Assembly: GCA_973851085.1 (NCBI GenBank)
Contig: OZ316776.1
Span: 1,488,001 to 1,552,000, forward strand
Origin: Ptychomitrium polyphyllum
Taxonomy: Eukaryota
Direction: 5' to 3'
DNA length: 64,000 bases
Shown here one piece after another: positions 38,172-51,979 of this stretch. The notes beneath the pieces were generated by a model. The model had not been told where the DNA came from. It saw only the letters and a program-made list of their open reading frames with translations, and searched no databases. Position numbers and translations under genes: made by a program. Position 1 is the first letter of the stretch. Each line of letters opens with the position of its first letter.

Positions 38172-40122
38172 TCCACCTCTGTACTCACCTCAACCGCGCG
38201 CCGAGCCCCACCTCACTAAAACCTCCATCGCGACATCAAGAAACTCAGTACAGCCGTCTCCTCCTCGTAGTTGAACTCAGGTACTGACTGCACTACTCCT
38301 ACATCAAAACCACAGCCACACTAGTTCCCCTGCCCTGGCTAGCGTAGTACGGATCCGAGAGCGGCGCCAGCACTCGACCAAGATATCATCGTGATGAACT
38401 GCACTGCGCTGCGATCTCGCTGCCCCCTCCTTCACGGCGATCTAGACGGCGCTGCAACCTGCGCGCGGCCCCACGATGCCAGGTGACCCACGTTGCGCTC
38501 GGCGGAGCGGAATCTGGCCGCACTGCAGCCAGGCTCCCAGATTCTGTCTATATTTTCAATACGCATTCCACCTCACAACTTTCAAGTCGTTCTATGCTTT
38601 CCTTTCGGTTGTATTAAATCTGTTCTCGTTGCCTTGCCACGTCCTTGATATCAGGCTACGTTGTTCCCGATGAGTGGAGCGTGTTGTTGGTTGGGGATGG
38701 GGCACCTTGCTGGCTAGGGAACGGGCGAACACGTTCAATTGCGGATGCAGGACTTGAGATGTTTGAAATGGAACTCATTGTCGAAATCAAAGTTTGTTTT
38801 GATGTATACTGCGAGGTTTTTGTGGTCAAGCGCTGCCTATAAGGTGGCAGGAGTGCCACCACCAAAAAGAATGGTTGATTATAACATTATTAGAGACATT
38901 ATTTAAGACAAGCGTTTCAAATGAATGTTTTTATTGTATTTAAGATATTTTAATATTCTAAAAGAGTGTCTTAATCAATCTTTTGGTGTTGACAAGGTGT
39001 TGTATTGAAAATTAATACCGTTTATACTTAAATAGCAAAGTTTGAGAAACATCCTTGGTATTTTTTATTTAAAGAAAATTTAGAAAAAGAAATAATTCAG
39101 ATTAGATTAAACTTTTATGCATATTCTTTTTAAAACTTTGAATTCCTAAAATCTAACATATTTTTACAATATAAATGTTATTAACCTTTTAACATATAAG
39201 ATAGCTTATGCTTCGATATGCAAATGAAAAAAATAAATCTACAAAAAGTATGTTCTTCCAAAAAGAGCATCCAAACCTTCAAAAAGAGCATAGGTTGTAC
39301 ACTAATTACAACCTAAATTTCGTCCATGACATCGAAAGTAACACCACTTTAAGTGACACACTCACACGAAGCACACGACCATCGTCGTCGCCTTGCTAGA
39401 GGCGGCTCATCTGTCCATCCGCCCAAGTCGTCAAAAGTCATCCACTCACGGTGAAGAAAGATACCCTGTTCAATGCCTCGTCCAACGCCAACCTCCCCAA
39501 CATCCTGAGCGAAGGCGATACCCGTAGATACACGCACAATTCCCATGCGATACGCGTACTATACCCACTCGATAACCTGGCGATAATCCATCAGATACTC
39601 CGTCCAATCCAGAAGCCTGCATTAGGGATGTAAAACCCAAAACTGTAACTGCAATCACAATCCAACTCTATCTACGCATCTATACGTCGAGATTTTGATT
39701 CTTAAGTGTAGGCCGGCGGTAGATGATTTCGATTTCGAGTATAGTGACAGTTTTAGGTTTTCATCCTTGACGTCGTAAATACGAGGCCCCTGCTGGGCCT
39801 CATCCCGTGCTGTCGGAAGATGCGTAGGTGATATGAGTGCGATACTAATGTGATAACAATGTAAAACCGAGGCGGGTGTTGTATCCAGAGGACGAGTATT
39901 ATGTTGTCGCAGACCTAACAAACCTTACAGCGGAGGAGGTACAGAGCACGATTGTGTCTAGCATCCGCATCTAGAACGAGTCTAGTCGCTGCGCTGCGTG
40001 CGCGCTTCCTCCTCACAGTCCTACTTTCGCAGTGCATTTCTCTTGTGTTGCTTACCTGCATTCTAGGAAGAGCGCACAATTTGACTCGCAGAAGAGAAAG
40101 ACAGAGAGCGCGCGAGGGAGTT

Positions 40123-42025
40123 ATGGCGATGATCGGGCGCGTCATCGGCCGTGGTGCGGCGAGCGCTCTCGTGCGGCGAGGTCGTTTCGATTGGAGCCGC
40201 AGCTTTAGCGATTCGGAGCCGGCATCTCCTACTCCACAGCACTTTGGTCCTGGAAAGCTGATTGGAAAGACGGCTCTTATTACAGGTTTGTGACGCGATT
40301 GTTCTTTGTGCTGTTAGTTTTTTCTTTGGAGACAGAGAGTAGAGTTTGGACGCTGATGCAATTGGCGAGTGGTGTGCTTTGGTATAGTGTGTTATGACGG
40401 CTGTTTTGAGGTTAAAGATAAGTTTCTGTGGCAGTTCTAGGGGCTGTAATTGGAGAGATCCGTGCTGGCCAGCCCTATCTGGTTTCTGGACTTTGTACGC
40501 GGTCTTCTTCTTTGTGCACTGGCTGGATTTTCAAATTGGGCGCAATTGAGCCAGCTCGAAACTTTTGAGCATATTTTAGTCCGTGTTTTAGTTCGGCCTG
40601 GAAGACCTGTTTCTCTAGCTGCTAGGTTTCATTACCTCAACTCTTGTAAATTAAGCCTTGGCTTACCACGTCTGAATCGCTGATTGAAAGCGTCTAGGTT
40701 CACCAATTTGAGTTCTTTGAAGGAAGGCTTTGCGCATGAGCCTTTCGACAAGAATTTTGTCTAAGGTCTAGTATTCCTAGTACATATGTATATGCTTGTG
40801 GGGTCCAATACTCATGGAACATCTATATGCTTCTAATTCTGCTAATTAGTTCCTTCTGTATGTGCATTTCTTGATGTACTGTTGCTAGCATGGAAGACTT
40901 TCCAAGAGACCAAAAAGGAGAAGAGGGGACAAGTCAGTTTCATCTGAAGCTGTAGGTTCTCTGCTTCAGTTAATCACTGATTTCGAACCGTTTGGATACA
41001 GGAGCGGGAAGTGGAATTGGACGACATGCTGCACTCTTGTTTGCGCAGGAGGGAGCTTCTGTTGTTGTGGCTGACCGGAATCTTGCAGCTGCATGCCGTA
41101 CTGTCGACGCAATGCATGAACTGGATGGTCAAGGTGTTGCAGTGGGTGGTGATGTTTCTGTTGCTGATGACGTAGCAGCAATGGTTGCCAAAGCAGAGAA
41201 GGTATTTTTACTTCTCAATCTTATCACTTAGCTTTTTGGAGTCTTCTAAGATCAACACATTGACGGCCAAGACTGTCAAGCTCCTTGCAGGTTTATGGTG
41301 GGCTTCACATCATCTTCAACAATGCCGGTATTATGGACTCGGGAGATGATAACGTTATTAACACACCTGACGATGTAATAGACCGGACGTTGGCTATCAA
41401 TGTCAAGGGAGTGATTTACGGATGCAGGTAACGAGTACATCCTTTAAAGCCACCAGTATAGATCATGTTTTTGCTGGTTATGACCATGTTGTTTTCCTTA
41501 TTCAGTTTTTCTGTTACAGCATTTTTGGGTCTTGTCTCCAAATAACTTGGAACCCAAGATTTTGGGATGTGTTTCTTTGAGTTCTCTCACGGTTATTGGA
41601 TGTTCTTTCTTTGTCGTTGCAGATATGGCATCCCCGCAATTGTCAGATCTGGAGGTGGTTCAGTGATAAACACAGCGTCTTTTGTAGCATTTATGGGGGC
41701 AGCTACCCCTCAAATAGCATACACGGCAAGTAAAGGAGCAGTTCTAGCTCTCACACGCGAGCTAGCTGTAATTCATGCAAGAGAAGGAGTACGAGTCAAC
41801 TCTCTTTGTCCAGGACCCTTGAGGACGGAGCTTCTGATGAAATTTTTGGATACCGAAGAGAAAAAGCAAAGGCGACTCGTTCATATTCCCATGGGTCGCT
41901 TTGGGGAGGCATCAGAGATGGCAAAGGCTGCCCTCTTCCTTGCATCTAGTGACAGCTCGTATATGACTGGCGCCAGCCTGCTCGTAGATGGTGGGATAAC
42001 GTCTGCTTATGTGACGCCCGAATAA
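40123..42025 (+). CDS. Classical SDR oxidoreductase (FabG-like) with a putative mitochondrial presequence
   Basis: Exons 40123-40285, 41002-41201, 41291-41427 and 41623-42025. Motifs TGAGSGIG, NNAG, YTASK, RVNSLCPG and VDGG. Confidence 0.93.
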
Positions 42026-43138
42026 GGCGCTTACAAGAAGAGCCCTTAACAGGCACTCAAGTAACCAAGGATTCAGCCTGAACTCTACAAATGCTTGACG
42101 AGTCGCTGGTGTAAGTGGAGGGCTCTCAACTGCAGTGTTTTTTTAATTCTGATTATTATGTGAAAAGCATTTTGACCAAACCATAGTTTACCAAGTTCAA
42201 CCAGCTGTAGTAAGGTCACTAAGACTGAGATGGTGACGATCAGAAACTACATTTGGAGTCCTTCACTGATGCCTCTAATTTTGGAAACGTGGAGTTGGAA
42301 GATGACAGTCTGCTTCACTGCTTCCTTGAACTTGTCATCCTTTCATTGGGAAACGGGTGATTAAGAATGTGAGCAAAGATTGGAAAGCGTCACCTATCGA
42401 CGCTAGCACATTGGCTCCCTAAAATACATTTTGCTTCTATTATTTGAAGCTCCAAAACCTCGTTCAGAAGTTTTAATTCAAGGACGTGTTGTTTTCAAAA
42501 TGATGAAAGTCTATTATGTGTTGCATTTTTAGGTTCTGATCAACTACAAAGCCTATCTAGATTCTCTGAAGAATTAACTTTATGGCTTCAAAATCCATTT
42601 AACGCAAAACGCGTCCCTCACCTACCTAGGAAATCAGGAATTACAGCACTCTTAGCCATCAGGTCTGCTGTGGAGTGTTTAACTCCCTGGTACATAATCT
42701 GCAAGCTCCACGAACATCACATACGTTGACATTAGTTATCCTCTCCTCTACCAGGCTCCAAAATCTCCAAATTCTGAAATGGACTAGTTTGACATTCTCT
42801 TCCAACACTACTTTTAATAGCTGAATCAATCTAAGTATCTTAAACCTTAAACATACTGCAAATAGGAATTTTCCGCACAATCGTTGAGAACTCCCAAAGT
42901 ACAAATCTTACATTCCGCTATAAGTATGGCATGACACAAAACGGTCGGTATTCACAAGACAATCGATAGATGTCATTCTGTCCTCACTAACCAATGGTCA
43001 AACAAAGTACAGTGTCATCCCACAAAGCAATGTCCAAAAAACCAAAAGCTATGTTTTAGTTGCAAGTTTCAGTGATGTTTTGCTTGAAAACAAAACAAGA
43101 CAAACTCCATTATTTCCAGGCTGCTGTGAGTCCCAGGC

Positions 43139-46100
43139 TCATTCAATAAAACAGCTGGTGAAGTCCTTGGTGAAGTGGTGGTGCGGCACCCACCACCGCC
43201 CTTTGCCATCCTGCTTGGCTTTCATCCTCTTGTGGATGCTACTCTGGCTTACAAGCTTCCCCAGTTCAACCAAAAACAACACGTTCCCCTGCACGCTCTT
43301 GCGCCGGTCCAGCATCTTGGCAACTGGATATTGCACCTTCTGAGAGGTTCGAGTTCGTACCTGCTTCTTCGATTCATCTGTACTGCGGTGCCGCTGCCGC
43401 TGTTGCATGGTCGCCTTGCTTGGCTTCGGGTCCCCTTTCTTTCGCACATGGGGACTGTAGAGCTTGGCACGTTCTCTTAGAGCCTTTTGTTTTGCTCGTA
43501 CTGCAAGCTTAGCTTGTTCACGGTTCAGGGCTCTGGATGACTCAACACCTGTGTCGGATATAGGTACAGAAGCCAGGCTTGCTATTGCTGGATTTCCATG
43601 AGAGGACGACATCATTTTTGATCTCGTCGTGGTAGATAGCCCTGGACTCTCTGTATCCGCCCTTGTAGTATCGGCAGTGGATGCCACAGGTAGTGGCCCC
43701 ACAATAAGCTGCGTCCCTACAACAGCTGCGTCGACGTTAGGTGATGACACTCTCGTTATCTGGTTCGTTGAGGATGGTGTTACATCAGTAGCTCTTGCCC
43801 GTCCTGGTGTCAAAGGAGAGCTGGACGACGTCCTTCTTGAAATTCTCGAGATGGATGGTTCTGGATAATATTCTGCATTGTCAGAGGATGCACGTGGATT
43901 TGGGAGCTCAATCTGCACAGCTTTGAGGATCTCCAGGGCTTTCGCTCTCTTGTTCGTCAAGATTGGTGAACAGCCATGCAACAGGTTACTCGAGCGCCTC
44001 TTTGATCCAGCTGGAGTTGCTTGGACGTTGCCGGTAACTCCAGGGGAAGCAGACACTGACAAATTGACCATTTCATGAGCATGAAAAATGTGGGTTAACA
44101 CAACGCATCGTTGCTCGGATCTTTCAAGCAACTCCATTACAAACACGTCGTTAATCTGTAGCTTGTGAGAGTCCACAAAATCTCTCCAGCCCGGACCTTG
44201 CAAGTAGCGTCGGTCAGCATTCCAGTGGGCTTTATATGAAACGCACTCCGAATCCAACAAGATCAATTCTTCTGTGGCTTCTGACGGAAGCATTTCGGAA
44301 CAGTTGAGCGACACAAACTGCAGGTTATAACACTCGTATAAGTGGCGTTCAATCGATAAAACCTCAAATCAAACCCAAATGATAATATCTCTATGAAACA
44401 GAACGGATCGAAGAAGAGGAAACTCACACAGTCATATGTTTTCTCGTTAAAACCGACTCTCATAATCACAGTAGCATGTCGATTTGGTAAGGTGGCCGAA
44501 AAAACCTTTGCAGCTGTCAAAGCCTGCTGCTTTTGGTCCTCTGTTATTGGGCTTTCTGAAGTAACAGGTTCAGGTTTTAAATCTCTTGTGTGAATTGGAG
44601 ATGTCTCTTTTCTAAATAGACCACAATTTGTACATTTTTTACAGGCTCGATACGGGAGAGGCTCAGCAACAACAAGGTCCGGTTCAGGCTTTACCAAACC
44701 AGGTTGAAAGACACGACTAGGCTGAAGTTCCTCGACTTGTCTAATCTCAGATCCCTCTAAAACAGGATCCTCCCCTGTTGCTCCTCTAAAAGTTTCCGTC
44801 TCATCTAGAGTATCGTTTTGCCTCTGGTCCGGAAGAGCGACCATCTGACTAACTGCCTCCTCTGGTTGGTCAGGGACCCTATTGGAAAAATTCTGGGGTT
44901 CATGACCCACATCCGGCTTCAACTCATCATCGTTGGACACTCCAACTATGGAGTCGTCACAAGGCTTCGTAAACACGGTTTCAACATCTTTCCCCATTGA
45001 GCTGCCCGCTGGATCAACACAACTGCTCAAAATCGCTACACCTTTACAAATCCTATCCTCAACACTCGTAACCTCCAGCGCTTTATCTTCATGTAAGTTC
45101 ATGCATAGTTCAGGCTCTTCAGCCCCCGACGTACCGTCACATTTAGCAGTCTCTACTACCGCTTCGACTTGAGGACTACTTGTGCAGCTCATCTTCCTCT
45201 TCTTCAGCTTCTTCTGTTTTGACTTCAATAGCACTGCCTTTGCCAAGCGTACTTGGACCGAGTCATCCGATGCTATGGACGACAGACTCGTGGAAGGAGG
45301 TTCCGCGTCAGGATTCTCCTGCACAAAGCTCACAATGTAAATGCTCAAGTACACGCAACATTCTTATTTACTGCAATCCAGCAATTGAAAAACGGACTGA
45401 GAATACGTTGAGGGCTTCTATTCCTTACCACTAGTTCGTGAGACAAATGATCCTTCTCGGTCAAGGCCCTTTTATATGGCAAACGACTCAACTTCTCGTC
45501 ATGGTTGATATTTTGGTCGGAGGCCTTTCCAGAAGAAGGTGCACTTACGTTAGGCTTCAGCTCCCGAGTAGGAGTAGGTTGACGTGTACCATCAGCTCTG
45601 TTGGTGAAATTCGAAACCGGGCTTTCATTCCGAAGACACAGTTGAGGTATCTCCTTAACGGCGGTTCTGCGTAAATCAACAGGGTTCTTCTCCAAGCCGA
45701 ACCTATTGAAGACATCCACATAAAACCGATTGGGCGCAATGAGGGCGAACACGACCCGATCTCCCTTCTCCAACCGATATTCGGTTGCAAAGGCCTTCCA
45801 ACCATCTTTCAACGCTATATCTTTGAAAGTCACCCGCCATTCCGACCCTGTAACACCTACCAAGATATATTCCCTTTTCGATACGTTGGCTATGTGCTCT
45901 CGAACGAAAGGAGCAGGTATTTGCTGCAGAAGCCCATTCAGACCATAATCAGAAAGAAATTCTCGCACTGATGCAAAAGTCACATATCCTTCAGCAAAAG
46001 AAAGCTCTGCAAAATTTCTATCAAAGAAGGTTTCAACGTAGAAAGCAAGCGCTATCAATAATTAACTTCTCAGCTACTTACGTCTTATACTCGAGTTCGT

Positions 46101-46687
46101 TTCACTTTAAGAAACCTGAAATGTGACAGAGCTGGAGTTTCATTTTAAACATTTGAACTTTAAATCTCTCGGTTGACGTAATCCGGTGGCAGAGTCAAGG
46201 TGTAGCTCTCCAAAAGTGCAAACATCTAGGGTTAAACTCCAGCTACGTTACATTTCAAAATCAGGGTTTGAGGCCAAAACTTCTGGAAAATCAAGTACAC
46301 GCCAAAGTAACCACATGTGCTTATCACTTGCGATATCTCTTAGCACATCTCGTTACTTAAACGTGTGCTTCGTTTTCCAGAGCGTTTCTACACATTGCTA
46401 GTTCTATCCCTAGCAATACTGGTTACATCGTCAATTTCCACAATTTCGAAAGTAACGGATTCTTGAGCACACCGATTATCGATTATCCACACACACAAGA
46501 GGATCGCAGCAAAGCAATTTCAATTGAAGGCACTAACCATATTACAATCCTTCTTGGAGGGCAATGTATACTCGGGTATCGACCTCGAAAATTTTGGCAC
46601 CGAGCGCGGCAGTCCTTTCCCATGAGTGGTTTGACAAACACAAGTACACTCCGTGCACGCCCTGTAATGGGCTTCATCCTCAGCCAT
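43139..46687 (-). CDS. B3 DNA-binding protein (REM-like) with two B3 domains, ~904 aa
   Basis: Phase-0 exons 46687-46538, 45923-45429, 45318-44428 and 44317-43139. B3 cores are IPAPFVREHI...WRV...LKDGWKAFATEYRLEKGDRVVF and LQGPGWRDFVDSHKLQINDVFVMEL. Confidence 0.88.
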
Positions 46688-49600
46688 ATGCTCCTCTGGT
46701 GCGATCCTACCGCAATCAGAAACCATTCTGAAACATTCTCTTCTGCCAATGCAGCTGCTCGCTCTCTCTCTCTCTCACTCAAATTCAACAACCCCGCTCG
46801 CCCTCTAAAACTCTAACTCTTTGGCTCTCTCTCTCCTCACCCCACCCCTCACCCCTCACTCCACCTCGCCTCGTGAGCACGTTCTTCCTCTTCTCCAAAA
46901 CACAGAACCTTTGCGACTCAATGCCCTCTCCACTGCGCACGCGCACGCCCACACCCACGCCAACTCCGCACCTAGAGCCGTCGCTACATCCCATAGCCGT
47001 CTGCCACTTCTCTACCCCGGGCCAACATGAAAGACTATGCAATCTACTCCATACCTAGATAAAGATGCAATTCCTGCGGGCTCAGAAATACTTTCCAGAG
47101 AAGAATGACAGTGTCTTCATATCGAGCAGACGTAGATTTTGATGCAGAAGAGAGTATTGTCGACAGTGATTATTTCTGGTCTGGAGCAATAGCACGGTTC
47201 TTCGTAATGTTGTATATGTGTGGATTCTCGTCGACAGGTCCACAGGCACAGTCGCAGTCTGCACGTCGGCACAAGGAAAATAGTGTACACAGAGGGGTGT
47301 ACTGTGATGTGTTAATAGGAGAAGATGGGAGTGTAGCATAAACAGGCATGGGATGGGGACGTGGAGGAAGCGCTGTTGGAGGAGGCTGTGCGCTGCTTCT
47401 TGGGAGGGGTGGGCACTGCGGAGAAGAGCTGCAGGTAGGATTACTTCTTTAGCCGTGTGAATGCTTGGTGCATGTTTTAGTTCTGCTTTCGGTAATTTGA
47501 GCCGGGACCAACGTTGATTACTGCGAGTGAGTCTGTGGGTGCAAAAAGTTTGGAGCACCATGTGCATTTGCAGGGTGGTAGACAGATTTAACGGCCATTT
47601 GTTTCACTTGCATTTGTTGGGCGTGGGATCGCTCTTGCTTATTTCGGTTCTTTTGGAATTGAGTTCAGTGATCTGGCTTTGAGGACACTATCTAATCTGG
47701 TAATGAACTTTGTCAAATTTGCTATCAATGTACAACATTGCAATTTGTATGTTCGTTGTGGAGATCCGTTGAATGTGAAGCTGAATGTTGTATGAAGTTC
47801 ATACTTTGCATTTCATTATTGCTTAGCTGTAAAACCCTACGATTTTGGAGGTAGGGTTTTGTTTGGCATTGTTGACACTTTTTGGAAAACCATCATTGTC
47901 TATGTGTGACGTAGATTATGATCAGTCAAGTGTACGCAACGAGCAGATGATGGCGGTTTTGCTTACAGGGTCAGTTTTGGGTATTCATGCTCTGAAAGAG
48001 TCAAGGCCCTCTGTTTAGTGAAAATTGATTTGGTATGGTGTTAATTTTTTATTCTTTTTATTATCTGGGGTGTTTTTGGCACTTTTCAGAGTGCTGGGCA
48101 CGGAGCTAAATTAAGTTATTTTGTGGGAATGAAGTTCGTTGATGGGGAGAGGTTACGGGTGATAATTTATTATGTGGGAAGTACCATGATGTGAGTCATT
48201 AAGTTTTTGTTCATTTCCTTTACTAGTCAATGTCTGTGATGAACGTATTATTGCTTTCGCATCCACCCAGCCTCTCCTATCAACAAACCTTTTGTAACTA
48301 TTAATAATAATAGCGGTTATTTAGTGGAACTTCTCGACTACTTCTAACATCAGGTTATGATGAGAACTTCTATAGCTGTCAATTCTGCCAATAATGATAT
48401 CTATTTATAATGACAGAAGTTCTTTAGATGTCCATTTACTTACAATAATATTAATTGTATATTACATTAGAAATAGTATTAATTGTACATTACATCAAAA
48501 ATGAAAGTATGTTTCATACATCTGATTGTTAAACAATATTATGTAAAATTCACATTTTTCTTTTGTCCTTTAATTCCATCATGTGTAAACTATTGTGTTA
48601 CCAAAAGTGCAAAATGCAAAATATGGAGAGAAAAAAATGAGATAAAACACAGAACAACCCAAAGAAGATGCACTAAAGTATATGCACTAAAGTATAGGCA
48701 AAATTCTAGTTGAGGCCAAAATTTCCGAAAAATTAAATGTTTGCCATTCACTCTAGTCTACAAAGTGATCATTTTCCTTATTTTACAATGGCCTCAATGG
48801 TCTCTTCTTCGTATTACTGAAGCAACTTCATGAATTTCTATGGTAGGACAAATCTTCTGCAAAGTTATTTCCTATGAGCAGATAGTGTAATTGCAACTTG
48901 GTTTCTTGTGCAAGGTGCCTGTAAAGAAATGTTTGGTTGTCAAAAGATTGAATTGTGGTATAGCCCTACGGACAGTACGAGTATGAATAGCCATTAGTGG
49001 TGTTTTCATAACACGAACTGAGACTTATGTTCCCAGATTTAAGTCAAAGGACAATCTGGTTTTTGATGTTAACAACAACTTCAAAGGTAGAGATATACCT
49101 TTAGCGGCTACAGGTGGTGATTTAGGAACAAACATGTCAGATAATCAAGCCGCTAGAAGCTACCACCAAAAGCAGAAGATTAGAGGAAATGGATGTGGAC
49201 AAACAAAAGACACAGACTGAAGTTGTTTCATCTCAAAGTTCCGTGAAAAGAACTCTATCGTCAGTTTCTGCACATCCTGCACATACTGGAAATCACTTCT
49301 CAAGAAAGCTAAGAAGTTCGGCAGTGCTGAAGAGTCAAATCAATTCGGATTGTGCTTCTAACAAGCCAAACATCTCACGTAATCCTAGCAAGAAGAGCAC
49401 CATAAAGCTGAGGCCAAAGATGGCCGTTCACGATATTCCAGGTTGCATTCCCAACAGAAACAAGGAGAATGTCCTTTTACGCCGCTTGATGAGTCACCCT
49501 CGGAAGCCTAGAAGAGTTGATAAAGTTACTTGCAAGTGTAAACTTGTGGCTTTACATATGTTGATTGCACGCTTGAGTGAAAGTTAGTTATAACCATTCT

Positions 49601-50005
49601 AGAAGTCTGGATTGCAAGCGAGCACTCTTCAATACATCAGTTACTGCAGCTTTACAGATGTCAGATATAGTGGATCAAATTGCGCCTTCTTCGATTCTCT
49701 TCCTCCTTTCCATTACATGTTTGTTACGGGCATCATTTTTCGACCTCGTTGTATGTAGTGAAAGGATGACAAGTATATCGGTCGTACTAGATTCAGCTTT
49801 TCAATCAAGCTCCCAAGATAATGCTCCAGCATTGTTAATCTGCCAAAATAAACCGCATAACCGTCTGTGAGTCACATGGGATTGTCGCAGGACTCAAAGA
49901 TACAATGCGAAGCCCCTGGAAGTCCAAGTTATAAAAGATGACTCTCTCTTTTATAACTCTCTCTCTCTTCTGTTCACTGCGACAGACAATTTCAAATTTA
50001 AAACT

Positions 50006-50079
50006 TGTCTCATCCCAGATTCGAGCTGGGGACCACTAGTGTGTGAGACTAGCGTGATGACCAACTGCACCAACCAGAC
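50006..50079 (-). tRNA. tRNA-Val(CAC), mutated; possible pseudogene
   Basis: GTCTGGTTGGTGCAGTTGGTCATCACGCTAGTCTCACACACTAGTGGTCCCCAGCTCGAATCTGGGATGAGACA folds into a cloverleaf with anticodon CAC and a downstream TTTT. T54 is replaced by C and G5:G68 is mismatched. Confidence 0.85.
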
Positions 50080-51979
50080 ACACAAACCAGCAGATAATAT
50101 AATTTCTTCACATGGATTGAATTAAAAATTTGGTACCATAAAGCTCTCGTACTTTATCAGTGTTTCAGCAGCTTCTAACTGAACACTTCACTGGGGGGAG
50201 TCACACGAGCTCTGTGAATTAGTTTCAGATTCTACCAACTTTTGAAGTTCCCCATGGTTTCTTTAAGATTGCCGTCCATAATAATCAAGTTGAATTTCAG
50301 AAATATGTCATCACGGAAGCCGGACTGTCTTATGAGGTACTGGGGGTGTTATCTTCCGGAGAAATAGAAATCTCGACACATCCAGGACTCGGGTTCTAAT
50401 CTTCCAGAGTACTGCTCTGTACTTGCTGTTCTGTCCATTCAGAATTTCGTTTAACACCAGATCGAAGCTGTTGTTCGAAATGGTGCAGGAAACAGCGTTT
50501 GCTGCAATGTGCATGGTTTTGAAATCTATTTCTACATCAGCTGTCTCGGTAGCATCCAGCCGGACGATGTTCCTGAGTTTCGTAGCTCGTCGGAGGTGAG
50601 GAACCGTGTTCGTTATTCACTCAAGCTGCGCTAATGGTTGAATTCTTGGATATAAACTGCTGTAGTATCTTGAGTCTTACCTGAAGTGCACGGATCAATG
50701 AAATAAATCGAAGCAGCACGCCTTTGATAGAGAACCGTCCAGGGTAGAGGTCAAGTGCTCGTTAGATTGTCCAGTGAAGTTTTGAGAAACTGAGGCTTTT
50801 GACCACATTACAAAGCTGCACCAATTCTAAATCAAGGCTGTCCAGAGGCAATGATCAATGTATGAATCATTCTTCACATTCTCAGGGCTTTTTGAAATGT
50901 CGAAATGTGACATCCGGTTTGGTAGTAACTAGAATACTCAGCAGACTGCGCTACAAAACTTTACTCAACCCTTTTCTCACCCCAAAAGTACAGTGTTAGT
51001 CTCTTGGTATGTTAATAGGTGGGTTGGGCAAAACCTAGTTATGGTGAAATATGTGCTTTATCATGTGTGAGTCTCTGATTGAGAAAAGAGTTGAACTTTC
51101 AAATAACTCTCTTGTGACTTTTCCTTTTGTAAGCTTGGATTGCTAAGCTTACTTGCATTCTGTTCTTCGCTTGGTTGAGCTTGAACCTGGCTTGTTTTCT
51201 ACACATCTGTGAAGTTTTCCTTGCTCTCCTGGAGTACATCTAACGACAAGCAGGCTGTACCCGGCGAACTGATCTGTGGTGTTTGCATGCTGCGCAGAAC
51301 CAGCTCTTACACACTGGGAAACGTCATGCGTACATGTACACACTAGTGTGCAGAAGTTCATTATCTCTGAAGTTGAGCGTTGTTCTCATAGGACTCAGAA
51401 TCAAGGTCATCACGACATGTTATAACTTACAGAGGTAGATATCGTTTTGGTAAACCGGCCCGCATTGGTGAGCTCATGAAAATGCCAGTGTTCATCTACA
51501 AGATAACGGAAAAAAGAAAAGCACTCCTGTGTTTAGACTTGTGCATGAGTCTCGACTGCATGGGTTTGCGGGAAATATCGAACGCAAGCTTAGGTCGGGG
51601 TGGATCCGCTGAGTAGGGCAGCAGTTTTGTGGATGTGATTGTGTGATGGGAAGTGCATGCTATGGGAAATGTGCGATTTGGGGAGTGGCCGTTGCGAGGA
51701 GTTTCATAATGACGAATTGGTTTAGCTTCCACCAAGATCCGGATTGTTTGATGTGACCCGGGACAAGAACTCGGGCGAAGGTGGTAGGGATGGCGTGGGA
51801 ACTGCGATTCAGATCCCACTCTACTATCATTCCGCAGTTTCGGTTTTTCCTTTCCAAATGACCTTGACTGCAGTCCCCCTATTATGCAATAGATTTTGTA
51901 CATTTCTTTCAGGGCGCGAAGAGGTCGATGACCCTAGGGTTGGGAGTTTGTTGTGTCCTCTCTTGTGGCTCCTGTTGCA

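Noticed and set aside
37664..38287. 207-aa plus-strand ORF
   Set aside because: Antisense shadow of the TM gene that runs through a microsatellite. Splice and start signals favour the minus strand.
49189..49587. 132-aa Ser/Lys-rich ORF
   Set aside because: No domain or splice support, so it cannot be distinguished from a chance ORF or remnant.
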